Source: Octopus vulgaris
Lineage: Eukaryota
Direction of reading: 5' to 3'
Assembly: GCA_951406725.2 (NCBI GenBank)
Contig: OX597818.1
Span: forward strand, 30,442,001-30,506,000
DNA length: 64,000 nt
The notes beneath the pieces are model-generated. The model searched no databases and had not been told where the DNA came from. It saw only the letters and a program-made list of their open reading frames with translations. Shown in pieces: positions 1 to 13,534 of this stretch; within the stretch, counting starts at the first letter, position 1; the number at the start of each line of letters is the position of its first letter. Both the position numbers and the translations under genes were made by a program.

Positions 1-324
1 TGCAACCCCTAACCTAACCAGCCCTGGTCAAATAGTCCAACTCATGCCAGCATGGACAATGAACGTTAAATGATTATGATGATGATGATGATCTGCACAC
101 ACATAAATATATTCATACATGTATATGTATCAACTTAGAATGGAAGAATTGGTGAGTCATGTAAAAAAAAAATATATTTCATTCTTCCTCAGTTCTGTCC
201 CTTTAAACTAATGCTGACTTTACTCTTTATTTTACAAGACTGAAAAAATAAATACCAGGCATTGTACTAGAGGGGTGATGTAATCAGCTAAATCTCTTGA
301 AGGCTGTACACCAGCATGGCTGCA

Positions 325-876
325 GTCCCTACTTGTATCTTGAATTCATTGCTGTACTCGTTGTCAACTCTCACCTTACTGGTAGCATCCCTGTACATGG
401 CTTGTACAGCTTTCACCAACCACTCTACTATCTCTAGCTTCTGCATTGACCACCAGATAAGGGATCAGGCACCCTGTCAAATGCTTTCTTCAGGTTAACA
501 AAGGCCAAGTACACGGGTTTATCTTTGCTATGTATTTCTCCTGCAGCTGCCTTACCAGAAATACAGCATCAGTGGTGCTTCTCCCTGGCGCAAAACCAAA
601 CTGCATCTCATCTAGACTAACTTTCTGCCTAATTAGTTGGGCTATGACTTTAACCATAACTTTCATCACCTTATCCAACAATTTGATACCTCTGTAATTA
701 TTTCTGTCAAAGGCATCGCCTTTACTTTTGTAGCATTTACTAAGGTGCTGCTACACCAGTCATTGGGTATGACTCCTTCGTGAACCACCTGATTTACAAT
801 ACAGGTGACTGAACCACAACCCACACCACTAGATATTTTAAGCATCTCAGTGGTGATTCCTGATGGGCTGGGGACT
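325..876 (-). mobile_element. RTE-clade LINE reverse transcriptase fragment
   Basis: QFGFAPGRSTTDAVFLVRQLQEKY motif; homologous to 10900-11450. Confidence 0.9.
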
Positions 877-877
877 A

Positions 878-1055
878 TATCATCATCATTTAATGTCTGC
901 TTTCCATACTAGCATGGGTTGGACGGTTTGATTGAGGACTTGCAAGCCAGGAGACTGCACCAGGTTCCAATCTGATTCAGCAAGTTTATTACAGCAGGAT
1001 GTGCTTCCTAACACCAACCACTCTGAGAGTGTAGTGGGTGCTTTTTATGTACCAC
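878..1055 (-). mobile_element. RTE LINE 3' tail with (GAT)n end
   Basis: Same ~180-bp tail as at 6553, 8821, 35228, 36930 and 58200. Confidence 0.8.
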
Positions 1056-2399
1056 AATAATTTTTTTTTTTTTTCTGAAATACTAAATCTGATGCTTATT
1101 TGCTAATCTATTGTCATGTTATATACTTAGATATTTACAATAATCAGACTGAAGTGATAAGGAAAATAAAATTGTGCAACATTCATTCTTTCCTGAACAG
1201 TATTATAGATATATGTGAAATGACATGTTCTATATCTGACATAACTACCATCAACTACAAATATATGGCACAACTTCATTACATATGTCTTGTTTATTTA
1301 TGTTCCTAGCACAGTCAATTCCACTGCAATACTTATTCCTTTTTCTCCTACCTACCCAACCATTGCAGTCATCAGTAATGTATTGTCAGATGTATATATG
1401 GCCAAAAATAATATCTGAAAACTTTTCTTATACTTTTCTTATGTCTCTGGTGTTGAATTCTGTTGGATCAAAATGTTGAGACCCAGATATTGTTTGATTA
1501 TCAATTGTACCCATTTCACTTTATTTGTCGTATATTGCTAATACCCTTGAGAAAAGTCCAAAAGCCACCTAATCTTATTTTTCTTATTAGATTGTATCAA
1601 ATATCTATGTGCATTATGTCCTTGATATGAAACTACAATCTATTCACTGTGGTTTAGTTTATTCTGATTGAATTTTGGTTGAAATATGAGGTCAATCAAA
1701 TATCTTTTATTTTTGGAACTAGATTTGATAATCAAGTTAAATGGACAACTTTTTACATTGAATTCTATTCTTATATGTGACTATTTCAATAGAAAAAAAT
1801 ATCTATACTAGTTGCTTTTTCATAACCACAAACAGCATGCACTTGTTTAAAGCAAAATATCCTTTACTAGGAAGCCTATGTATTATTCCTTAAAATTCAT
1901 GAAAAGTATTTTTTAACTTAATCTTTTGTTGGAATATCTAAATACAATCTGTTTTGCTTACTGAATCAAAGCTAGAAAATAAAATATATAATATTATATT
2001 TCCTGTTTATAATATATAAAATATATATATATTTATAATATATAAAATATAATATATATTTCCTGTTACAGGAAATATATTATTATATTTCCTGTTTCTA
2101 TTAGAATAACACTTTATTATTCCTAATACATAATTCTCATATTATCAAGCTTTACAAAGATCTCATCGGTTACAGATTTACAGCCACTAAATTTTTATCA
2201 GTAAAATTAATGTCCTCCACTTCCCTCTCTTGCACAATGAACCCCTTAAACATTTAAACAAAAACCCACTGAGGTGATTGTTCCCAAATTAGTTCCACTG
2301 TATGAATATTCTTTTCTGTATACATTTTAACTTCATAGTTTTTATATATTCTAACCATCCATTTTTTTTTTTATCACTCACTATTCTCGAGAGCATCAT

Positions 2400-2990
2400 G
2401 TGGGTAGAGTTCTCAGACACCTCCTCCATAGAGTCTTATTAGAAGCAACTATCATTAAACCTCCTGTTAGATTCTCAAGCATGACCAACTGAGACAATGG
2501 ATATTATACAACCATCTCACCTGTGGCCTATCCTGAGGTCTTCTGCCGGCTGAACCAACTTGAAGAATATATCTTGCAATCTTTTCCTGCAGCAGTCAAA
2601 CTGCAGTTTTAGAGCTGTAACCCCTTGATCTCAAGAAGTAGCAGCTCAACCTTAGAGATATCCTGATCTCTGAATTACACACCCTGTTCAGTAACATTAC
2701 TACAGCAACCATTCAGAGGAACACCATTTCAGCTGCTTGTATTTCCAATCATACTCTTTCAGTCATTATCCAATATTCATGACCATTTGTGAGGATAGGT
2801 ACAAATGCCAAACTGAAGACAGCAAGTTTGGCTTTTTTACCAATCTCTCCTCTTCTGAGGATCAACTGCTGATACTAGCACATTACTATGCCAGCACCTG
2901 CAATTCTAGCACCCAGTTCAGCCTACTGCCTCTGTATTACTCATGGATATGAGATATTTAAACTTCTCCACTTGCCTCAGTGATGTTCCA
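2400..2990 (-). mobile_element. Old degraded RTE-like LINE C-terminal fragment
   Basis: Minus-strand remnants VEKFKYL and RRP-DRPQVRW with many stops. Confidence 0.5.
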
Positions 2991-3175
2991 CTAAAATGCT
3001 GAGTACACTGGGAAAGCTTTTATAATTATGTGAGTTTTCCTTATCTTTCTAAATGTATCTGTTTTAAAGTCACGCTACTGCATGAATAATTACATTAGGC
3101 AAGTAAACAATTATCTTATCTTATCTTATAAATTTGAAGACATGAGGAACATATGAAGTCAGTATTTGAGTTTAA

Positions 3176-3395
3176 CCCTTTTGTTACTAACCCGGCCAAA
3201 ACCAGCTCTAGCTATGTGGTAAAATGTCTTGTTTTCATAAGTTTTGAATTAAAATATTCCACCAAGCTTTAGTCACAATTTACATTCCTAGCACTAGCTT
3301 AATAATAACTAAATTATTTTACTAAATTCTTTGCTATATTTAAAATAATTGAAAGAAACACAGAACATCTCAAAATAAATACAGTAACGAAAGGG
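3176..3395. mobile_element. piggyBac-type MITE
   Basis: TTAA target duplication on both sides; TIR CCCTTTTGTTAC / GTAACGAAAGGG; second copy at 23221-23440. Confidence 0.85.
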
Positions 3396-3776
3396 TTAAG
3401 AGTACTTAATTATTAAAATATTTTTTTCATTCTCAAGATCAGGAACAACTCAATTCACATTCAAAATATCCTATCAAAAAAAAAACAAAGGAAAATGGTA
3501 TTGCCAGAACACAATAAATTATAAATAAGCCAATATGTGTTGCAAAACAGACTTTCCTTAAATATGATCTAACTCTGCATAATGATTGTGCTATGCATAG
3601 GTCTAATTTCAGCAACTTGCCCGGTTAATGTGAGAAAGAAGGGCATCAACGTGTAAAACAAGCTACTGCTGTGTTAAAGAAAAATAAAAAAAAACAGAAA
3701 ATGAGCAAAAAAATATTTCACACAACAAAAGTACATTAAAAAATGTATATACGTAATGTATATATGTATATGTATA

Positions 3777-4176
3777 GGCATAGGAGTGGCTGTGTGGTAA
3801 GTAGCATGCTTACTAACCGCATGGTTCCAAGTTCAGTCCCACTGCGTGGCACGTTGGGCAAGTGTCTTCTACTATAGCCTCGGGCCAACCAAAGCCTTGT
3901 GAGTGGATTTGGTAGATGGAAACTGAAAGAAGCCCGTCGTATATATGTATATATGTACGTGTGTGTATACGTTTGTGTGTCTGTGTTTGTCCCCCCAACA
4001 TTGTTTGACAACCAATGCTGGTGTGTTTATGTCCCCCGTAACTTAGCAGTTCGGCAAAAGAGACCGATAGAATAAGTACTAGGCTTATAAAGAATAAGTC
4101 CTGGGGTCGATTTGCTCGACTAAAGGCGATACTCCAGCATGGCCACTATCAAATGACTGAAACAAGTAAAAGAGTA
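3777..4176 (+). mobile_element. tRNA-derived SINE family A
   Basis: A/B-box-like head (GTGGCTGTGTGGTAAG...GGTTCAGTCCC), internal (TA)/(TG) tract, GTAAAAGA tail; many copies in the window. Confidence 0.85.
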
Positions 4177-4285
4177 ATACTGTCAATGTATTGTTTTATG
4201 ATATTCAGCAGTTTAAAATAGCTAATGGGGGGAGTGTGGAATAAATCTATCCATATCATTATACAGTGACAGATGATGACGACAA

Positions 4286-4517
4286 CCTATTTCTTTACTA
4301 CCCACAAGGGGCTAAACACAGAGGGGACAAACAAGGACAGACAAACGGATTAAGTCGATTACATCGACCCCAGTGCGTAACTGGTACTTAATTTATCGAC
4401 CCTGAAAGGATGAAAGGAAAAGTCAACCTCGGCGGAATTTGAACTCAGAACGTAACGGCAGACGAAATGCGACTACGCATTTCGTCCGGCATGCTAACGT
4501 TTCTGCCAGCTCGCCGC
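4286..4517 (-). mobile_element. tRNA-derived SINE family B
   Basis: Head GGCGAGCTGGCAGAAACGTTAGCA...GAGTTCAAATTCCGCC. Copies at 26224, 33808, 41523, 43683, 58951 and 60290-60670. Confidence 0.85.
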
Positions 4518-5239
4518 TGATGACGCAGATGATGACGACAAACATGACAATGACAACAACAATGTTGACAACAGTCACCACCACAACTACATTCAGCATC
4601 ATTATCATCAACAACAATAACAGACACCGGATTATATATATATGTAAAATTCTACATCTATTATTGCAGTTTATGAAAACAGATTAGTGAATGAATGGAA
4701 ATGGCATCGTATGGAAAGGATCTTTTAGTCTTGTCAAGAGTATGACAACTCCTCTAGTGCTGGTACCACAATAAATGAGTGGTTGGTGATAGGAAGGGCA
4801 TCCAGTTGTAGAAAGCAAGCCAAAAATGAAATGTATAAGCGAGAGGTGGTCTTCTGAACTTCTGAATAGGAACTCACCCAAATCGTGAAAAATAGACATA
4901 AAACGATAAAGATGATGATGATAATGATGATGATGATATTTGTGTGTGTGTGTGTGTGTGCGTGCACATGTGTGTGTGTGTGTGTGTGATGTCTTTTTAT
5001 GTATATTTATGTAGCAATCCATATATGTGTGTGTATATATATATGTATAATATATTCATGCTTGCACGCACAAGCATATACATTGCCAAGGATAGTTGAT
5101 GTGATTATTATGATTACCACGACGACGACGACGGTCGCTGCCACCGCCACCACCACCATCACTACCACCACCACTGCTGGCTATCAGCTATCTACAAAAA
5201 AAACTAACTGGCAGTTTGTCAACATTTACACACACTTAC

Positions 5240-5429
5240 TGGCATTGTCTTCAAAATCAGAAAGCAGTTCATCAAATTGGAGGTCCTGCTGCAACTGAAA
5301 CAAGTAGTCCCAATCCTCACTGAAGACATTGACATTTTCATTTGGAGTGTCATCACTTATTGGCTTGTCATCAAAATACTTCAACTGTGGCACACACTTC
5401 AATACTGACTGACGGTAGTTGTAATCAGT
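5240..5429 (-). CDS. LRRC56: LRRC56-like coding exon 5 (TDYNYRQSVLKCVPQLKYFDDKP...FSEDWDYL...DNA); gene continues beyond the window
   Basis: Acceptor ctttCAG, donor A|GTAAGT, 190 nt, phase 0 to 1. YRxxVxxxVPQLKYFD is the LRR-cap motif. No stop codon reached. Confidence 0.88.
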
Positions 5430-5799
5430 CTGAAAGAGGCAAAGTTAATAACAAGATTCTTCGGAACATAAAGTGAGGATGTCTTAAGAATCAGTACTGA
5501 CATCTTTTGATGAGACACATAAAAACAAAAAAAAAAAACAAAATTCTAAGGAGGTGATGTAATTAATTGAACAGGTTGATACTTATTTTTGTGGATGCTA
5601 CTGGGATGTCAAATAATATAAATAATATAAATTTGAACTCAGAATAAAGAGGAATGACACTAGATACTACAAAACAACTCTGATTCCTGATGAACTAATG
5701 TCATGTATGTTTTAGAGTGTAATGAATACATACACATGCACACACACACATGCGCACATACACATACACAAGTACACATCCGTAAACCAATATATACCC

Positions 5800-6106
5800 A
5801 ACGATAAACATCACCCTTTTCAAGCCTAGCCAGGCTCATGGGCCCGGTTTCTGTGGTGTATGTGTTCCCCCCAGCTGGACGGGACACCAGTCCATCGTAG
5901 CATTACTCAAGAAACAGGAAGAGAAAGTCAGAGAAAAATGTGGCGAAAGAGTACAACAGGGGTCGTCACCACCCTCTGCTAGAGCCTCGTGGAGCTTTTA
6001 GGTGTTTTCGTTCAATAAACACACACAACGCCCAGTCTGGGAATGGAAACCACGATCCTCCGACTGCGAGTCCGCTGCCCTAACCACTGGGCCATTGCGC
6101 CTCCAC
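5800..6106 (-). mobile_element. SINE family C (tail type 1)
   Basis: Same head as 14451; tail cgatggactggtgtcccgtccag...gaaaccgggccc. Confidence 0.85.
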
Positions 6107-6552
6107 TATATATACCCAAACCATCTATGAAAAGAAACTCTCTTCTTGAGGTGCAATTACTTCAATATGATAGTCTCGTTTAGAGTGGTTACAACTGTCT
6201 CAAATTTTTGAGCAGGGTAAACAGGACTGTGTAATGTCCATGCCTTTCTCTGGTAGTATAAGTTAAGGGAAAATGGCCTAGTCACAGCTTGCTGAATACT
6301 GAATACTTACCTCTAGCCCCACAGTAATCATTACCATTAAAAATCACTCCTAAATTATCATTCAAAGACTGTGTGGATTATGTCATTTCTTCTGTTTCTT
6401 TTCAGTAAAGTATCACAAGTTTGAGCTTATTAATTTTTAATACTTTCTGATAAATACAAGAGACGACTTAGATTGGTTATGGTTTCTAAGTTATAAAATG
6501 ATATATAATCGTATATGTGTACATATATAAATATATATATATATATATATAG

Positions 6553-6730
6553 GTACGTAAAAAGCACCCACTACACTCACGGAGTGGTTGGCGTTAGGAA
6601 GGGCATCCAGCCGTAGAAACATTGCCAGATCAGACTGGGCCTGGTGCAGCCTTCTGGCTTTCCAGACCCCAGTTGAACCGTCCAACCCATGCTAGCATGG
6701 AAAGCGGACGCTAAACGAAGATGATGATGA
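6553..6730 (+). mobile_element. RTE 3' tail
   Basis: aaaagcacccactacactc...cggacgctaaacg(gat)n. Confidence 0.85.
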
Positions 6731-7851
6731 GGCACATGCATTCCTAATGTTAATTTATTTCTTTCACTCATCCCAACACACATGGAAGTATTTCACATTT
6801 ACAGCTCACATATTTGTATATGTATACAAATACATATATAGACATGTGTGTGTGTATGTGTGTGTGTGCAAACGAGTACATATATAAAAAGTGATAGACA
6901 ATTTATTTGTACCTTTCACAAGAAAGAAATGACAATATAAGTAAAGTAATATAGAAGCAGCAAGAATAAAAAGCTAATTTGTTATGCTCCAGCTCCAGTC
7001 TTAATCACTCCAGTATTAAACTACATGCATGAACACACACTCACACTTACATACTCAATACAAACACATTTACACAAGCACACACATATACAGCTCACAT
7101 AGATGCATAAACATATACATATCTATATGTGATTACATTCCTTTTTGAAATCATTTTCACAAATGGCTTTTTAGATATTGGCCTCGATATAAGAATTTGA
7201 AGTAGAAGCAAAGCCTCATGGTGTGTTTTTCATGCAAATTGTCTACTGCAACAAAAGTCTTTCTGAATTTGAGCCCATATGATCAAGTTAAATATAATCG
7301 TACAAACCTATAATTTGACCGACACTTGGTGCAAGTCTAGTTAATTCCAGCTTGACAAAGCTTTGCACACATCAGCAAATTTATTATTTGTTGTTTAAAT
7401 ATAAGAAGAGCAGTTTTTAGTGGGCTGTGAATGATGGATTTGGTGTGCATAGCAGATGAAATATAATGACACTAAACCATGTGCCCAACAGTCTGATGAG
7501 ATCATTCGTAACCCTGCTGTGTGTTTTCATATTCATTGTCTAAAAGAATTTCTCTCAAGATAAATTCTGCAGCAAAGGTTTTTTTCCAATGTTTGAGTGT
7601 ACATGGATGTGTTAAATATAAATGTACATGCTTGTATTTCAATCAAAGCAGCTTCATGTACCTCTAATTAATTATATCTCTTCAAAGATTACACTAAGTG
7701 ACTGACTGAATCAACAGCAGAAATAATCTGCCATTTAAAAATTATGCTGGTTTTACTCGACAACAGGGTGGCATCAAATAAACACAGTTTATTCTGAAGA
7801 GCTCTGCACATACCCTAAAATGTTTCTTTTCTCAAGTATTCAGCTACTCAC

Positions 7852-7966
7852 AGATTCTGATTCAGGTGATGCTCTCATGCAAACTGGATTTCCTTGTAAT
7901 GTTAGGCCTTTGAGATTCGTACAAAATGACAAATACTGAATTTGTGATATACAGTCAATCTTGTTA
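7852..7966 (-). CDS. LRRC56: LRRC56-like coding exon 4 (CNKIDCISQIQYLSFCTNLKGLTLQGNPVCMRASPESES)
   Basis: Acceptor tttttCAG, donor TCT|GTGAGT, 115 nt, phase 2 to 0. Contains the LxLxGNPVC LRR motif. Confidence 0.9.
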
Positions 7967-8820
7967 CTGAAAAAGAAAAAAAGAAACAAAGAATGCAGAA
8001 AAGCCCAAAAGAGAAATTATAAAATTTAAAGTAGTTTCTGTAATGTGTTGCAATGTAAATCTCAATTAATTAGTGAATTAATGATATAATGAACAATCTC
8101 TTTTTTAACAGAAATTTCTTTTGACAAAGCACAGGGTCAATATATTAATAGTACTTTATTGATCTTGGAAAAACAAACAAAAAGACTAGATGCTGTAATT
8201 AACACTACCAATTTGAAAATTATATTTTGAATTTCTATTCAGTTACTTGATCTGCTAGAAATAGCAGCCAAACTTCCTGCACTAATATCACCCAGTCTTT
8301 AAAAAGAGGACATATTTTGAAAATGGGCACATAGATATATCACCACCACCACCACCATCCTCTTCCTCATTATCACCAGCATCATTATCATTTTACACCC
8401 TTACTCTGTTTTTTTTTTTTAATGATTAAATTGATATTTCAACTTGGGACTTCATGATTGTGAAGTAAACTCCTTAACCATTCAGTCGTCTGAGTCTATA
8501 TGTAGATGTAGTATGGCTGCATAGTTAAGAAGTTTGCTCCATAATCATGAAGCCCTAAGTTTAATCTCATTGCAAAGCACAACCTCAATGTGCATCAATA
8601 AAAGCTCTGTGGCTTGGCTCTCCATTGGTTACAACAAGTGTTCCAGATGATTCGATCAATGAAGTACCCAGCTCATGAAATTAGCATGCAAGTGGCTGAG
8701 CACTCCACAGACACATATACCCTTAATGTAGTTCTCTGGGAAATTCAGCATGACACAGAATGTGACAAAGGGTCCTTAAAATTACAGCTCACTTTTTCCA
8801 GCTGAGGAGGACAGGAGCAA

Positions 8821-9170
8821 TCATCATCATTGTCATCGTTTAACGTCCGCTTTCCATGTTAGCATGGGTTGGACAGTTCAACTGAGGTCTGGGAAGCCAG
8901 AAGGCTGCACCAGGCCCAGTCTGATCTGGCAGCGTTTCTACAGCTGGATGCCTTTCCTAATGCCAACCACTCCGTGAGTGTAGTGGGTGCTTTTTACGTG
9001 CCAAACGAGGCTGGCAACAACCACAATTGGATGGTGCTTTTTACGTGCCACCAGCACGGAGGCCAGTCGGGGCGGCGCAGGCAACGGCCACGTTCAGATG
9101 GTTCTCTTACGTGCCACCGATACTGGTATCACAGCTACAATTTCCATTGATGTTGATCGATTTCGATTTT
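8821..9170 (-). mobile_element. RTE 3' UTR and tail
   Basis: Reverse complement of the 6553-6730 tail plus UTR repeat units. Confidence 0.85.
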
Positions 9171-9838
9171 GAGCAATGTGAAATAAAGTGTCATACTGCC
9201 AGAAACCAAACTCACAACCTTACAATCATGAGTCAGCCAAATACCCTAAGTACTAAGCCATGCACCTTCACAAACTTTGTAAATGAAACTGGATAGATGG
9301 AAACTGGGTAGAAGCCTATCACATGAATTGTATGAGTAATTCAAAGCTTTAGCCTTGTCACATTGTTTCATGATCACTCCACTTGACAAATGCATTAAGG
9401 ATATGCAAGTCTGGAATGTTCAACCATTTACATGCTACTTCAAGACAGGCAGTTCAGCCGATCAACAACTGAATACTTGTTGTTGAACTTGACAGAAATT
9501 CAGTACTTTTAGGTACAGCTATGGCTCTAGGTGCTGGTGTGGCTGTGTGGTTAATGACTGGGCCTGATGAAGCCTTCTGGCTTCACAGACCCCAGTTGAA
9601 CCGTCCAACCCATGCTAGCATGGAAAACGGATGCTAAACGATGATGATGATGATGATGATTGACATGCATACAAAAGTAGAATTAATTTTTTATGTCATC
9701 CAATTTTTCTCAACTGATCAATGGACTAATTGAATAAACCTATCAATAACGAACCTATAATGATTACTGGAAACAGCTCTTAGTCAAACTTACTACAATA
9801 AAGAAAAATATCTAATGACCATTATTCATGTCTTGTCT

Positions 9839-10161
9839 TACTCTTTTTACTCTTTTACTTGTTTCAGTCATTTGACTGCAGCCATGCTGGAGTACCGCCT
9901 TTAGTCGAGCAAATCGACCCCAGGACTTATTCTTTGTAAGCCTAGTACATATTCAAAGTTACGGGGACGTAAACACACCAGCATCGGTTGTCAAGCGATG
10001 ACGGGCTTCTTTCAGTTTCCGTCTACCAAATCCACTCACAAGGCTTTGGTCTGCCCGAGGCTATAGTAGAACACACTTGCCCAAGGTGCCATGCAGTGGG
10101 ACTGAACTCAGAACCATGTGGTTCATAAGCAAGCTACTTACCACACAGCCACTCCTACGCC
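9839..10161 (-). mobile_element. SINE family A, internally deleted
   Basis: Reverse complement of 24721-25128 with deletions. Confidence 0.8.
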
Positions 10162-10284
10162 TTGTATATTATCATCATTGTCATAATTTTAAGGCCTACT
10201 TTTCTGGGCTGGACAGAGTTTATTGAGGCAGACTTTCTACAGCCAATGCCCTACCTGTCACCAACTCTCACCTGTTTACAACTA

Positions 10285-12396
10285 AGAAGGTCATAGAAGT
10301 AGTCAGAGTGAGCAATAGAGTGCTTAATCTCAGGTTAGTCTTGCAGACTAGCATAGTCCCAATTATCTCTGCCTAGGCTCTACAAGTGGGCCTACCAAAT
10401 GAACAGAAAGGCTATTTTTATGATATTCTTCTGCAGGCTATCTCTGAGATGAATGACAAGGATCTCATCTTTGTGGCTGAGGACTTTAATGGGCATATCA
10501 GATGGCAGCCCAGTATTTTTCATGGTGTACATAGGGGCCATGAAATTGGTTCCCAAAAGAAAGATGGAACAAGGCTATTGGAGTTCTGTAATGCAGATAA
10601 CCTATTGACCTGCAGCACTAACTTTAGGAAGCTGACCAGACACCTGATAACCTACCGATCAGGTGGCTATGCTAGAGAGATTGATTACATTCTCACCAGG
10701 TAGTGGGATGCATGGTTGCTCTTAATTACAAAGACCCTCCCTGGTTAAGGATGTATCCCCCAGCATAGACTAGTCATTAGTGATTTTAGACTTCAGGCCA
10801 GGAGGATGCCAAGAAGTAGACCAGTCTAGATCCAATTAAGGGACCAGCTATCTGAATTGACAGTTTCTTGGTAGATAATGGAATTAAGGATATGAAGACA
10901 GGAAAAGCCCCCGGGTCATCAGGAATCACCACTGAGATGCTTAAAATATCTAGCAGTGTGGGTTATGGTCTAGTCACCCATATAGTAAATCAAAGAGTCA
11001 TACTCAATGACTGGTGTAGTAGCACCATAGTCAAATGCTACAAAGGTAAAAGTGATACCTCAGATAGAAATAATTACAGAGGTATCAAATTGTTGGATTA
11101 GGTGATGAAAGTTACAGAGAAAGTCATAGCCCAACTAATTAGACAGAGAGTTAGCCCAGATGAGATGCAGTTTGGTTTTGTGCCAGGGAGAAGCTCCACT
11201 GATGCTATATTTCTAGTAAGATAGCTGTAGGAGAAATACATAGCCAAAGATAAATCTCTGTATTTGGCCTTTTGCTGACTTGGAGAAAGCCTTTGACAGG
11301 GTCATCTGCTCCCTTATCTGGTGGTCAATGCGGAAACTAGGAATAGATGAGTGGTTGGTGAGAGCTGTACAAGCTATGTACAGGGATGCTACCAGTAAGG
11401 AGAAAGTTGACAATGAGTACAGCGATGAATTCAGGGTACAAGTAGGGGTTCATCAAGGATAAGTGCTCATCCCCCTATTCATCATAGTCCTCCAGACAAT
11501 AACAGAGGAATTTAAGACATGCTGTGAAAAATGAAGCCAGTATGCTTCGCTGGATGTGCAATATCAGTGTGCATGTTCAACAGAGTGTAAGCATCTTGAG
11601 AGAAAAGTTAGGCATAAGATGTGGCATGCAAGAGAGACAACTGTGCTGGTATGGTCATTGATGCATATGGATGAGGACATAAAAAAGAGCTAATTTCTAA
11701 CTGTGGAGGGAACCTGTGATAGAGGTAGACCTAGCAAGATATGGGACAAAGTGGTGAAGCATGATTTTCAAATTTTGAGCATCACAGAGGCAATGACTAG
11801 TGAGTGAGACTTTTGGTGATATGCTGTGCTTGAGAGAACCTGTCAAGCCATGGCTGATGTTGGTGTCATGTAACTAGTACCCATGCCAGTGGCACATAAA
11901 GAGCACCGTTCAAGCATTGGGCCTCAATGAGACAAAGTGGGTGAGTTCCTTTTAAGCATAGAGCCTCATAGAGGCAAAGTAACTGAATTTGTTTTGAGCA
12001 CTAGGCCTCATGGTAGTAAAGTGGCTGAGTTCCTTTCAAGTGTTGGGCCTCACAGAGGCAAAATGGCTGAGATCTTATCGAGTGTTAGGCCTCACAGAGG
12101 GCAATGTCTGAGACCTTTGGCATTATGTTGTGCTTGAGAAGAAGACCCATCAAGTCAAGCAAAATCGCAGTCGTGGCAGATACTGGTGTCACGCAAATGG
12201 CACCTGTACCAGTGACATGTAAAAGCACCCATTACACTCTCAGAGTGGTTGGAGTTAGGAAGGGCATCCAGCTATAGAAAATTATGCCAAATCAGACTGG
12301 AGTTTCGTGCAGCCTACCAGCTAATCAGCCCTGGTCAAACTATCCAACATGTGCCAGCATGGACAATGAACATTAAATGATGATGATGATGATGAT
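10285..12396 (+). mobile_element. Degraded RTE-clade LINE: APE endonuclease, RT, 3' UTR, (GAT)n tail, with internal deletions
   Basis: DFNGH and IDYIL (APE); KAPGSSG, NNYRGIKLL, LEKAFDRV, GVHQG (RT); stops and frameshifts throughout. Confidence 0.92.
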
Positions 12397-12429
<33 letters not shown>

Positions 12430-13298
12430 GTTTGTGTGTGTTTATGTGTACTCTTTTCTCGACATCATGTGACAATAAGAATCATCATCATCATCATCAT
12501 CATCATCATACAACTCATCTTGTTTGTGTCCAGTCTTCTATGAAAAACATGTCTGGTCATGGAGAAATATTAGCTTGCTTGGAAACAGTTAAGGATTAGT
12601 GACAGGCCGGGCGTCTGGCCATAGAAAAATGAATTCTATCTGACCAATGCAACATAGAAAATCGGAAGCTAACGGTGGCGTCAGCAACAATGACAACAAC
12701 TATTACACGAATAGTCACAGCTGGAAAGCAACAACAACAACAAGTACACACATTCAACACAAGTCATACAAAAGCCATGCAAGTCTGCATACATATTTTA
12801 ACAAAAAACAAAATATTTTACACTGAATGTGCTAAGCAGATGACACAAAAACTTAATATGGAATATATGATAGTCAAAACAAAACAAGTTTTAAAGCACA
12901 CATGACATCTAAATAAAGTATGTAGTTGTAGAAAAAATATGCTGAAGTTTTTAAGATAGTGTAAATAGCACAGTATATTTCAAAAAGTACTAACAATGTA
13001 AGTTTTTTTTTATATCTAAGTCTGCTGAAAAGGGTATTCAGGTTTTAAATTCAATAGTGTGGTTTTATTTCTATTAGATATATTAAATGCTGTAGTCTCT
13101 GTTGTATGTAAACTACACTCGTACACTTGGGAAATGACTTATCAATTTACATTCAGGTTATGTTTGTGGAGAAAGCAATATATTACAATCCAAATTCTTA
13201 TAAAACACATGCACCTACACAAACACACACACACAAATGTATGTATATCGCCAGCATGAATGAAAAACAGACGTTAAAAGATGGTGATGAGGATGGTG

Positions 13299-13348
<50 letters not shown>

Positions 13349-13476
13349 TTACACACAAAGAAATGTGGTGCAGGCTTGTGCTTGACCAGCTCCTGTTAAA
13401 CTGTTGGCATGGAAGGCAGATGTTAAATGATGATGATGATGATACATATATATATATATATATATATAGTGTGTGT

Positions 13477-13534
<58 letters not shown>

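Noticed and set aside
1962-1971. Possible 10-nt LRRC56 microexon (TAG|CTTTGATTCA|GTAAGC, minus strand)
   Set aside because: The splice signals are plausible but such matches occur by chance, and there is no homology support.
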